A stretch of 64,000 nucleotides of DNA from Planctomycetota bacterium (lineage in GTDB: Bacteria; Planctomycetota; Planctomycetia; JALXBF01): positions 1 to 64,000 of the forward strand of contig JALXBF010000033.1 in assembly GCA_026991575.1 (NCBI GenBank), given 5' to 3'. The notes beneath the pieces were generated by a model. It saw nothing but the letters and a program-made list of their open reading frames with translations. It was not told where the DNA came from and made no database searches. Of the stretch, positions 51,400 through 60,966 are shown piece after piece. Numbering within the stretch: position 1 is the first letter of the stretch; every line of letters begins with the position of its first letter. A program made the translations under genes and the position numbers.

Positions 51400-52604
51400 G
51401 CGCCGAAGCGACGGCGCAGCAGCCAGGCCGCCAGCAGAACCGCCACCCCACCCGTCCCGAGGCCGATGCTGAGCCAGGGAAGTTGACGGCCGCTCGGTGC
51501 AGACAGTGCGCCATCGGATACGGTTGTGGGCAGTTTCTCGGTATCAACCCAGGGGGCCGGTCCGGTGGGCGCGACCGGCAAGACGGGGCCGCCAGGTGGC
51601 GGGCCGTACCGTGCTGCCAGCGGGTCTGAGTCCGAGGTCTGCCGGACCGCATCCGGCGGCGGCGGAATCCGGAACGCGTCGTCCTGAAAGCCCACGTTCA
51701 CGCGCACCGAACGCCGGATGACGACCAACCGTCGGCTCATCTTTATCGTCCAGCGTTGTCCCGAGAGCTTCAGGGCGCCTGTTCCGTGCCATGGCATCGT
51801 CCACTCTGCACGCCACTGGCCCGGCACCCAGAGAGGCGGTCGCTGGTCGGACCAGTCAATTCGGTGCAGTTTGGTAAACTCCATCGGCTCAAACTCCAGC
51901 TCCTTGGTCACTTTCCCTGCTTCGCTCCTCGCTATGATCGCACGTCGTAGGACCACGGCGCGATCCACGTCAATCCACAGATGCTCGGCCGGCTCCGGCG
52001 GTTTCGCTGTGGCATCGGTCGCGCGAATGTACTGTTCTAGGCGGTGCTGGAAGATCGTTCGGTCGTACACGACCACACGGGCGCAGTTGGTCCCGCGCAC
52101 GCGCTCCCAGCCGATCAGTTCCACTGCGTAACGGTCAGGTTGAGCAGCGGCAATGAAGTGCTCAAACGGTATGCAGTATCCGATGCAGGCCATTTCGACT
52201 GCGGCTTGCGTGTGGTGCACCAATACCTTGCGCCCACCGCGTATGCCTTGGAACAGGAGTGTGTTCGTGCCACGCAACACGGCTGTCTCGGTATGCGTCT
52301 GTTCGGAGCCGCGCATGATATTGGTGCTCAGGTGGTACGCTCCGTCGTTGAAGCGCAGCCGGAATGAGCCAGTGATGGTTTCGTCGGCCTTTTCCGTAGG
52401 GCCTGCGGTCCGCCGCCACTCGTCGAACTCGAACTCCAAATCGACCAGTCCACGATACCGCTCTCGGAGGGTCGTCATCAGTGCCTGGCCGAGCTCAAAC
52501 CGGCGTGCCGGCGTGCTTTCCTGGTCGTCAGCCGCCGCTACCCGGTAAGCCGGCCACAGTATGAGCGGGACACACATCAGCCAGCAGAAGTTCACCCTCT
52601 TCAT
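51396..52604 (-). CDS. Secreted LolA-like hypothetical protein with C-terminal TM anchor (cassette C)
   Basis: GGAGG RBS, signal peptide, GWERVRGTNCARV, LWIDVDR, NVGFQDDAFRIPPP, TM followed by RRR. Confidence 0.78.
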   Translation of the reverse strand: MKRVNFCWLMCVPLILWPAYRVAAADDQESTPARRFELGQALMTTLRERYRGLVDLEFEFDEWRRTAGPTEKADETITGSFRLRFNDGAYHLSTNIMRGSEQTHTETAVLRGTNTLLFQGIRGGRKVLVHHTQAAVEMACIGYCIPFEHFIAAAQPDRYAVELIGWERVRGTNCARVVVYDRTIFQHRLEQYIRATDATAKPPEPAEHLWIDVDRAVVLRRAIIARSEAGKVTKELEFEPMEFTKLHRIDWSDQRPPLWVPGQWRAEWTMPWHGTGALKLSGQRWTIKMSRRLVVIRRSVRVNVGFQDDAFRIPPPPDAVRQTSDSDPLAARYGPPPGGPVLPVAPTGPAPWVDTEKLPTTVSDGALSAPSGRQLPWLSIGLGTGGVAVLLAAWLLRRRFGA

Positions 52605-52760
52605 TGCCTTTGCTCCTCCCACGACCGGCCCCCGTGTGGGCCCGTGCGCGATCGGTTCGTTGCTGCCCACCAGGCACAAGCTCAAGGGGTGCCACGCACG
52701 GGGTCACGTGCACCGCTGACCCGTGCGAGTGTCGTCTTGTGGGCCCAGGATTGGGTGCGA

Positions 52761-53144
52761 TCATCGGCCAGCCAGAGGCTGTTGCGTGACCAGTGCCAAA
52801 TCGTGGCAGGTAAAGGGGGTCAACCCCATGACGACACAGACGTTGTTTATGCACACGCCCCATACGACGGGGCCACAGATAAACGCTCCACTGACGATCC
52901 ATCCATTATCGCCCTGTCCAAACACCATCCTCGTGCCGGAACTGAACTGGCACTTGTAGCACGGCGCTGCAGGGCAATTCGGAACGAGTTGGTTCTGCGC
53001 ATCGCAGGACGATAGTTGGCAGCCTATGAGTGTGTCTGCGCGTGCAACGTCGCTCATGGACCACGAGTTGTAGCGAGGATCGTGGTCAGCACATACGATT
53101 AGAAAGACACCAGCTGCTAGCAGTCGAAGCGTGGTTCGCACCAT
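52761..53144 (-). CDS. Small secreted cysteine-rich protein (cassette C)
   Basis: GGAGG RBS, signal-like N-terminus, 10 Cys in 127 aa. Confidence 0.75.
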   Translation of the reverse strand: MVRTTLRLLAAGVFLIVCADHDPRYNSWSMSDVARADTLIGCQLSSCDAQNQLVPNCPAAPCYKCQFSSGTRMVFGQGDNGWIVSGAFICGPVVWGVCINNVCVVMGLTPFTCHDLALVTQQPLAGR

Positions 53145-53154
53145 TTCCGTCCTC

Positions 53155-54246
53155 CTAAAAAGCAGCCGAGCGATCAGAAGCGGTCTCGTCGATTAGTTCT
53201 TCTCCGTCACGCGTGCCTAGAGCTCGCCAGACGCTCAGATCGATCGAATCGCTCACGAAGCGGACATGGCCGTCGGCGAACGCTACATTCACCCCGCCTG
53301 GGTGGGCGCTACGGGCCGTCACCGCACCGAACGTGTCCGCGGCCAAGCAGTCGGTTACCCGGGAGTTGGGCGGCAGCACGTGGTTGTACTGGGTGAACAA
53401 GGCACCGGAAAACATCCAGAACCGGCCTGCGTAAGGAAAGATCCTTTTCCGGGGCCGGCGGGTCAGATGCGCACAGATGCGTGCGTACTGCTCTGTCCGG
53501 TTGGGCAGAGGCACGGCGATGAAGTCGAGGATGTCTCGTTTCGGATGCCACCGCTCCGTGCGGAAGCCGACTCCCACCAGCCGCTCGCTTAAGGCTGCCG
53601 TGTACGTAAGTCCGTCGATGATGTGGTCGAATCTAATCGGCGGCCGACGGAAAACGCCGTGGCCACTGTCAGGCCAGCCTCGGCGCGTTGCGAGGTGGTC
53701 GAGGATACCCGTACAGCCGCGGTAGGAGACGTAACCGCCCGGGCCGGCATGCGGGTCGGCCGGGCAAAGGAACAGCTGCACGGTACTGTAGAGAATGGTG
53801 CGGTTTGCGAATACCCCGTATCCGGCCGCAGTATCGCTGAAGTGGTCCACGCGTAGGTTGATAGCGGTGTACAAGTCTTGTCTGCCGACATAAGGCAGCA
53901 GATGACACAGAAACGAGAACTCGCGTTGGACGCCCGGCGCAGAAAGGCCGATGTCGATCGTCGGTGCCCAGGATACGCTCAACGGCGGTACGATTCCGTG
54001 GGTGTCATGGTAGCGTGCGAGAGCAAGAGCGAGTTGACGCAGGTGGTTCTGGCACGATAGCCGGCGCGCCGCTGCTCGTGCGCGCTGGACGGCCGGCAGG
54101 ATCAGTGCAGCCAACACGCTCAGAATGCCTATGACGACCAGTAGTTCCACAATGCCAAGTCCTATGCGTGCCACGGGTAGTGGACGGCCGCAGGCGGCTG
54201 AACGGGTAGCGAGTCGTGGAATGCGGAGTTGTGCGCGTGTTAGCAT
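53155..54246 (-). CDS. DUF1559 prepilin-like protein
   Basis: GLGIVELLVVI..LPAVQRARAAARRLSCQNHLRQL, FLCPAD, SAHPGGVNVAFADGHVRF. Confidence 0.92.
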   Translation of the reverse strand: MLTRAQLRIPRLATRSAACGRPLPVARIGLGIVELLVVIGILSVLAALILPAVQRARAAARRLSCQNHLRQLALALARYHDTHGIVPPLSVSWAPTIDIGLSAPGVQREFSFLCHLLPYVGRQDLYTAINLRVDHFSDTAAGYGVFANRTILYSTVQLFLCPADPHAGPGGYVSYRGCTGILDHLATRRGWPDSGHGVFRRPPIRFDHIIDGLTYTAALSERLVGVGFRTERWHPKRDILDFIAVPLPNRTEQYARICAHLTRRPRKRIFPYAGRFWMFSGALFTQYNHVLPPNSRVTDCLAADTFGAVTARSAHPGGVNVAFADGHVRFVSDSIDLSVWRALGTRDGEELIDETASDRSAAF

Positions 54247-54298
54247 CGTCTACACCGTCCGAAGCGATAGAATAGCAGCGACTGACTCCACGATCAGG

Positions 54299-55378
54299 CT
54301 ATAACGAGCCGGCATCGACTGATTCCTCTCCATCGCGGGTACCCAGAGCACGCCAGACAGCCAGATTGATCGAATCGCTCACGAACCGGACATGGCCGTC
54401 GGCGAAAGCCACGTTTACGCCGCCCGGGTGCGAGCTCCGTGCCGTCGCGGCACCGAACGTGTCCACTGCCAGGCAGTCGGTGACCTGCGAGTTGGGCGGG
54501 AGCACGTGGTTGTATTGGGTAAACAGGGGCCCGGAGAAGATCCAGAAGCGACCCGCGTATGGGAAGATCTTCTTCTCGTCCCGGTGAGTTAGGCTGGCAC
54601 AGATGGCTGCATACTGCTCGGTCCGGTTGGGCAGCGGTACAGCCTGGAAATGGAGTATATCTCGCTGAGGACTCCGTCTTGCCTTCTGCAGGCCGACGCC
54701 GACCAGCCGTTCGCTCAGGGCTGCCGTGTACGTAAGCCCATCCGTGATGTGGTCAAATCGGATCGGGGGATAGCGAAAGAAGCCATGTCCACTGTCCGGC
54801 CAGCCCCGCCGTGCAGGGAACTCGTCGAGCACACCCGTGCAACCGCGATAGGAGACGTAGCCTCCAGGACCGGCCAGTTGGTCTGAGGGGCAGAGGAACG
54901 AACCCACCGTCGTGTGCAGGACAGTCCGGTTCGCCTGGACACCATATCCTGCACACTTAAAGCTGACGCCATCCACACGCAAGTTTAGGGCGCTGTAGAG
55001 GTCCGATCGGCCGATATAGGGTAGCAAGTGACAGAGGAACGAGAACTGACGCATCCTGCCCGGCCCTGAGAGGCCGATGTCAATCATCTCGTACCAGTCC
55101 ATGTGAAGAGGCGGTACGACTCCGTGCGTGTCATGGTACCGTACAACGGCTGCCACGAGTTGCCGGAGGTTGTTCTGGCAAGACAGCCGGCGCGCGGCTG
55201 CCCGTGCTCGCTGCACGGCAGGGAGCAGCAGTGCGACAAGAATGGTCACGATGCCGACAACGACCAACACTTCGACGACACCCAGAGCGCGGCGTCCGAT
55301 TCCGCGCACCGGGAGGTTCTTGCCCGCGCGGACAAGCGATCCTTTAGCGTGGGTGGCTTGCTGAGTGCCTGGAATCAT
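54299..55378 (-). CDS. DUF1559 prepilin-like protein (tandem paralog)
   Basis: ALGVVEVLVV..LPAVQRARAAARRLSCQNNLRQL, FLCPSD, SSHPGGVNVAFADGHVRF. Confidence 0.92.
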   Translation of the reverse strand: MIPGTQQATHAKGSLVRAGKNLPVRGIGRRALGVVEVLVVVGIVTILVALLLPAVQRARAAARRLSCQNNLRQLVAAVVRYHDTHGVVPPLHMDWYEMIDIGLSGPGRMRQFSFLCHLLPYIGRSDLYSALNLRVDGVSFKCAGYGVQANRTVLHTTVGSFLCPSDQLAGPGGYVSYRGCTGVLDEFPARRGWPDSGHGFFRYPPIRFDHITDGLTYTAALSERLVGVGLQKARRSPQRDILHFQAVPLPNRTEQYAAICASLTHRDEKKIFPYAGRFWIFSGPLFTQYNHVLPPNSQVTDCLAVDTFGAATARSSHPGGVNVAFADGHVRFVSDSINLAVWRALGTRDGEESVDAGSL

Positions 55379-56462
55379 GACCCATCCCCGCTGTTCCCCG
55401 GAGCAGCAGAACTGGGAACCTCACTTCGCGCTGGGCTACTCCGCGAAGGGGAAGCCGAAACAGCGCCAGCGGCTCGGTCACCTTTGTGCAATCCAATCGC
55501 AGCTGGATTTCCCACTTGTCCGGCGCCACCTTCTGGCAAGCTTGCAATGCCATGCCCGCCGGAAGAGACCGTGGGACACCGACAGCAAACTCCTCGTCAT
55601 TACTGGCCACGAGCGTAAGCCGAACCAAGTGGCCCGGACAAGGGTCCCCGGGTGCACAGCGGGCAACCGTGCTGCTACTGGGACAGGTTCGGACCAGCGG
55701 GCGGACCTCCAGGGTCACCAACATCTCTGCCGTCCGATGCCCTTGAGAGACCCGAAAGGCGACGCTGCGGGTTCCTGGCATTGAAGGCATCGTGAGTTTC
55801 AGTTTCACGGGCCAGGCCACCTCGTGGATGGATCCGCGGAGATGTACGCCTTCTGGTGGCTCGCCAACTTCAAGAGAGGTCTTGGGTTCATCTGCCTCCA
55901 CAACGGGTATCGTGGCGGCGGCCGGTGGCTCTGACGGATCGTATCGCAGGATGAGTTTCCCGTTGCGCGCAACCTTCGCACCGGCGGGAGCTACGATTCG
56001 ATTGGTGCCATCCCCAACACGCAGCTCCGCCCACGGGAGTAACACTCCTTCAATCAACACCCGTTGCCGCCGCGTGGTTCCAGAGGCGTCACGCCACTCA
56101 ACGCCGACCCACGCCCGCTCCGGCTCCCAAGAGTGACTCAGACGAAGCGCCAGGTTTAGTTCTCCCGTTTTCCCAGGAGCCAATGTCAACTGGCCTTGCT
56201 CAACACGCAGACAGCAAGGCGAACTGACGGTAGCCACCCTGACTTCCACGGGAGAACGTGAATCGTTGAAGACCGGAACACGTATCGGCTCGATATGCAC
56301 GGGCTGGCCCAGCACTGGCCCAATGTCGATGTGCTGCGGTAACCGAATGCCGGGAGCGCGCTCTGACCGCTGCTGGCCCGTCCACTCACCGACACAACCG
56401 GCCATCGCAACGGCCCAAACGATGACACCGATTTGACGGCGCCGCCCAAACCGGGCGCCCAT
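55344..56462 (-). CDS. DUF1573-like Ig-fold lipoprotein (cassette C, first gene)
   Basis: Lipobox MAGC, VFNDSRSPVEV..SPCC...LAPGKTGEL; GGAGG RBS. Confidence 0.7.
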   Translation of the reverse strand: MGARFGRRRQIGVIVWAVAMAGCVGEWTGQQRSERAPGIRLPQHIDIGPVLGQPVHIEPIRVPVFNDSRSPVEVRVATVSSPCCLRVEQGQLTLAPGKTGELNLALRLSHSWEPERAWVGVEWRDASGTTRRQRVLIEGVLLPWAELRVGDGTNRIVAPAGAKVARNGKLILRYDPSEPPAAATIPVVEADEPKTSLEVGEPPEGVHLRGSIHEVAWPVKLKLTMPSMPGTRSVAFRVSQGHRTAEMLVTLEVRPLVRTCPSSSTVARCAPGDPCPGHLVRLTLVASNDEEFAVGVPRSLPAGMALQACQKVAPDKWEIQLRLDCTKVTEPLALFRLPLRGVAQREVRFPVLLLRGTAGMGHDSRHSASHPR

Positions 56463-56507
56463 GGCATCCTCCCCGAGATACCACAGTCTTGTCCCCTCCT
56501 GTGAACT

Positions 56508-56546
56508 ATGTTAATTTGTGTGTGTGTGTGTGTGTGTGTGTGTCAA
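56508..56546 (-). promoter_or_regulatory. Putative sigma70 promoter with (CA)12 tract in the spacer
   Basis: TTGACA-(CA)12-AAT-TAACAT (27-nt spacer); -10 box ends 45 nt upstream of ATG 56462. Confidence 0.7.
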
Positions 56547-56805
56547 GTAGGTCGTGTGTTCGGATGCCGCCAGGTCTTGGCGCGACTGACCGCGTTCGAA
56601 CATCCCAGTCGGGTAGGTCCCGCCAAGGCTGCCAACTGACGCTTTGCCCACTAGGTAGGCCCTGCCAGCGGTAACGGGACGCACGAGTTGCCCCGGGGCC
56701 AGGCAGGGGAAGTGGGAATGGCAGGCCTTTCGTGTGACGGTCAGCAGGATTCGGGTCACCCCTTCCCAGCTCACGCACCTTCCGTGGTACCTTGGCTCTG
56801 GTGAG

Positions 56806-58412
56806 CTAACCGTTCACGGGGCGCACGTGGGTGGCGGGGCCCCTGAATGGAGGTGAGGTCGACCGGCGTGAGTAGCGCTTGATGACTCTTGGAAGATGTG
56901 AGGGTAGTCAGAGGCGTCACGCGGTAGTCTTGGGAAGAAGGCGTGGAGGTTGTCTCCCTTGGCGGTAGGCAACCAGTCCCTCCGTCAAAAGGTTCGGATA
57001 CGGCGCCCGATTTGTCGGCATGCCTCGGCGACGCTCAGCAGCCGCTCCCTGCAGCAAGGACCGGGCTCGGTGTCATTGCCGAGGCTGATCTTCCACCAGA
57101 TCACCACTGACGGCAGTGCCCGTTCGGCGGCATTGTTGGTCGGCTCGGCGCGCTCGTGGTACAAAGAGACCCACAACGACGGCTCGCGCCGCCGCAGCAT
57201 CAGGAGGCCGCACGTCGCTGGGGCTCTGACACAGTTCGGCTCTTCCCGTGCTGAGGCAGTTCTCTGATCCACCACCGTGCGTGCTTCTGGATCGAGTCCC
57301 ACATGGTGGCGCGCGTGATCTCCCCACGACACATCCGAGCATGCTGCAGAAGGACAAACTCCAGGTCGTTCAGCAAAGGCGCCCCGATCCGGGCATTTTT
57401 GCCTTCCGGCTCCTGCATCGCCTCCGCGTGTCGCTTGACGTGCGCCAGGCACTGCTGACGACGATGGGGAGTCGTCTTGCCGCACGATGAATCCCCCTCC
57501 GTGCGCACAATCGCCCGTGTCAGTGGCCCCAAAGCTGCTTCGCCACCGCCTGCGATCGGCTCCGGCGAATCAGGTAGTACGTCACTCTCTCCGTTGCCGC
57601 CCCCCATAGCCATGCTCGCTTCTTCTCCACTCGCCAACTCGTCTCGTCGGCATGCACCACCGACGCCGACCGCACCCCCTGGCCAATCTCCTCAGCCAGC
57701 TCCACCAACGCTTCTGCTGGTTCCTGCACACTCGCTGACACCCGCCCCAGCGACATCCTCACCAGAAACCAATCCTCCAAGAGTCGCAGGTCGGTCGCAG
57801 CGGGCCCTTGTAGACCGTTTTCAGCGGCACTGCGAACGCCGTCAGACAAGGAGCGAAAGCCCGCCGAGCCTCCGCAGGCAGGTCTCCCACCGTAATGTGC
57901 CCGGACCGAGGACGCACCACGGAGTACACCTGGTACTCGGTCGCCCGCGTCTCCGGCCTGGAGATCTCCGGTACCTGATGCCGCTCCGGATTGGGATTCG
58001 GCTCTGCCCCGTGCAGTCCCTTTCCGCATCACGGACCTGACAGGACGCACCCCCTGGCCTCGGGTACCTCTTCCTATGGAACCAAGTGGCGCTGGTGCCG
58101 TGGATGCCCCGGCTGAGCACGTCGCTTACGGCCCGTCGGCTCCTTCTGGCGACGCTTCTGAGCGACCGGATCCGATGACGGCGGCTGAGATGAGTTGCGA
58201 GAGTTGCGCCGTAACTGGGCTGCCTGCTCTTCAACGCGCCCTGCTAACTGGCGGATCCTCTACACCAGCGCCTTCAGCACGCACCGCACCACGCAGGCAG
58301 TCTCCGACGACATCTCCTTCCATACGCCCTTGGACAAGAGTTCCCTTTTCATGTTGTCGCAGATAGCCGCCGAGTTCTCCCCTTCCGTCAACACCAGTCC
58401 GCGAACGGTTAC
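56806..58412 (-). mobile_element. Degenerate IS66-family element (TnpC pseudogene)
   Basis: Frameshifted motifs VVHADETSW..WLW, QQCLAHVKR, PTNNAAERAL; terminal IRs GTAACCGTTCGC and CTAACCGTTCAC. Confidence 0.82.
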
Positions 58413-59368
58413 TGCCGGGGGAATTGCCGAATCAACCGGCCAGCTTGCTTCGATGGACGGGAGGGAGGCTTCATGCCCCCCTCCCGCAAGGTTGATGGGT
58501 AGAGCCGGCGGATCCCAAAAAATTTCTTCGCTGCCGAGCCGCAGGTGGGTTGATCCCGCCCGCGGCTCGGGTGGTTGCATTTCTTTGGACGCGTGGCGTG
58601 CGGTCATTCGCCTCGCCGACGCCGCGGACGAGGTCCACGGCGTCGGGGGGATTCTTCAAGTGGCAAGGTGAGAAAACAAAACTCGTATTGTCCGCGCCGC
58701 CCATCAACAGAGCGGGCGGGGGGCCTAAGCTCCCCTCCCGCGAGCTCACGGTAGCTGGCGAGGTGAACGGTCGTCCGACGCCGGCGAGACCAGCTCCCAA
58801 CGCAGCCGGAACCAACTCGCCAACGCAGGCGAGACCATCGCCCAAACGCAGGCAATGCGAACCCGCGACGAGGCCTTCGCGCCTGGAAGAGCGGTTGAAC
58901 AACGCAACCCGGACGTGAACGGTCACGCACGAAAGGCCGGGGGGCGGTGACCGCGCGGCTGAGCCAGGACGAGGTAGGAGACGGTTTAGCGTCGGCTAGG
59001 CCCTGTCAGCGACGAGCGTTCTGAAGCGTGGCTCAAGCGGGGAGCCAGCACGCCACGGGTACCATACGCCGCGAGGTGCGCTCCAGCTTCTGCATGATCC
59101 TGGCGCGACTCGGGCGCGCTTCGGCGTGGCTTCCGGCGGAAGGGTGCGCCGCCTCTCTGACCGCATTCATCGCACGCGTCCGCGTGAAACGGGAGCGATG
59201 AGCGTTCGGTAATCGCCGCGAGAGGCGGCAGGACAAAGCGCTGCTGAAGCGGTGCGTACTGCGAGACTGGGATCAAGCAAGCCAGGGCAGACGGTGGCGG
59301 CATCGATCCATGGCCACCAGGTCGGTGGAAGGCGGAGTCGGAGGCGATGGAGGGAGACTGGCGTACTA

Positions 59369-60636
59369 GTGCCGTTTCAACTAGAGAAGTTTCCCTCGCG
59401 GGGCGGGGCAGCGGGCAACCGCGCTTGCGGGACACGGAGGTTATGACGTAAAAAGGAGCCTCCACAGTGGGTGTCAAAGGGAGAAAACGTGGAGGCTCCA
59501 AGGATGGACAGAGTTCGTGTTCGTCGCTTGGCCCCGCCTGAGCGAAGGCGACTCCGTTCAATGAAACGTGCCAGAGGGAACGCTGTCAAGGCCAAACGCG
59601 CCGGCGTGATTCTACTCTCGGCAGAAGGTTGGAGCACAAGGGAGATCGCCCAGGGCGTGGGCTACACGGTGCAGTGGGTACGGAAGATCATTCATCGGTT
59701 CAATGAAGGAGGATTGAAGGCCATTGACTGGGACCCCGGTGCGGGGAAACGGGGCAGGAGGCGGAAGTTTTCCCCCAGAGTAATCCAGCGGATCGTCGAC
59801 ACAGCGCTGTCACCTCCGCAACAGCTGATCGGGATGACGCAGTGGTCCCTGGCGAAGCTGCGGCAGTACCTGATCGAACAGGGGATTGTCGAGGAGATCA
59901 GTCTGGAATGGTTGCGTCAGATCCTCAGACGTGCGGGCGTGCGCTTGAGGCGGACGAAAACCTGGAAGGAGTCGAAAGATCCGCACTTTGTGCAAAAGTC
60001 CCGCCGCATCGGTGGGTTGTACGAGAGGCGTCCTGAAGGCGGAAGGAGGATATGTGTCGACGAGTTTGGGCCACTGAATCTGGCGCCGCGGCCTGGCATG
60101 TGCTGGGAGCATGAGGGCAGCCGACGCCCGGGCCGGCTGCCGGCGACGTATCGCCGCGACGGCGGGGTGCGGCACTTGCTGGCCTTTTACGATCTGGAGA
60201 CAGGCCGGCTCGACGGCTGGTTCTACGAGCGAAAGAGAACGGATGAATTCCTCGATTTTCTGAAGCGGGTCCGGTCTCGTTATCCAGTGGAGGAGACCCT
60301 GCATGTGGTGCTGGACAACTACGGTCCCCATCTGAGTTCAAGGGTTCTGGAGTGGGCGGAGGCGAACAGGATGCTCTTTTACTTCACCCCGACCAATGCC
60401 TCGTGGCTGAACCGAATCGAGTGCCACTTTGCGGCGTTGAAGAAGTTCGCCCTTGCCGGATCGTACTATCGGTCCCATGGACAGCTCCAGGGGGCAATCA
60501 GGAGCTACCTGGCATGGCATAACGGCGAACGGCCGATTGCCTGCGGCAAACCCCGCACCGGACAACGCGCGAACCAGACTCGCCCCGATCGCAAGCGACC
60601 ACCAAGAAGGGGAAACTTCTCAACTTGAAACGGCAC
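59369..60636 (+). mobile_element. Intact IS630-family insertion sequence
   Basis: 27-bp terminal inverted repeats with 2 mismatches; TA on both flanks in a CTAG context. Confidence 0.92.
59504..60628 (+). CDS. IS630-family transposase
   Basis: HTH N-terminus, WSLAKL, DDE triad VDEFGP / LDNY / SWLNRIE. Confidence 0.92.
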   Translation: MDRVRVRRLAPPERRRLRSMKRARGNAVKAKRAGVILLSAEGWSTREIAQGVGYTVQWVRKIIHRFNEGGLKAIDWDPGAGKRGRRRKFSPRVIQRIVDTALSPPQQLIGMTQWSLAKLRQYLIEQGIVEEISLEWLRQILRRAGVRLRRTKTWKESKDPHFVQKSRRIGGLYERRPEGGRRICVDEFGPLNLAPRPGMCWEHEGSRRPGRLPATYRRDGGVRHLLAFYDLETGRLDGWFYERKRTDEFLDFLKRVRSRYPVEETLHVVLDNYGPHLSSRVLEWAEANRMLFYFTPTNASWLNRIECHFAALKKFALAGSYYRSHGQLQGAIRSYLAWHNGERPIACGKPRTGQRANQTRPDRKRPPRRGNFST

Positions 60637-60641
60637 TAGCT

Positions 60642-60839
60642 CTAGAGGCCTGAATGCTGATCGAAGCGACCCCAGAGCAGCCAGTGCACGCCGACGTACG
60701 CTCCGAAGAACAGCGCGACGCCGACGAGCACAAAGGTGCCCGTAAGCACGGACAACAAGCTGAGCACTCCGAAGGCGGTAACCACCGCAAGCAGGACACC
60801 TGTTCCGACCTTCCCAGGCTTCATGGGGGCGAACTCCAT
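60642..60839 (-). CDS. Small two-TM membrane protein
   Basis: 65-aa hydrophobic ORF ending HWLLWGR; same strand as the TPR gene. Confidence 0.55.
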   Translation of the reverse strand: MEFAPMKPGKVGTGVLLAVVTAFGVLSLLSVLTGTFVLVGVALFFGAYVGVHWLLWGRFDQHSGL

Positions 60840-60966
60840 CGATCTGGCGAGTTGACCTGTGCGTTTCTATTATCTCAGTCGCCAGCGTTCCATTTCGCGC
60901 ACGTCTGCTCGGTGCCTGTGCCGATGTACGTACCCCTTGTTGATCTTCGACAACGGCCTCGGCCCG

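Noticed and set aside
53155..55378. Template/variable repeat pair of a diversity-generating retroelement
   Set aside because: Both copies are full genes, differences are not adenine-specific, and there is no reverse transcriptase in the window
58930..59366. Short ORFs between the IS66 relic and IS630
   Set aside because: No motifs or convincing starts
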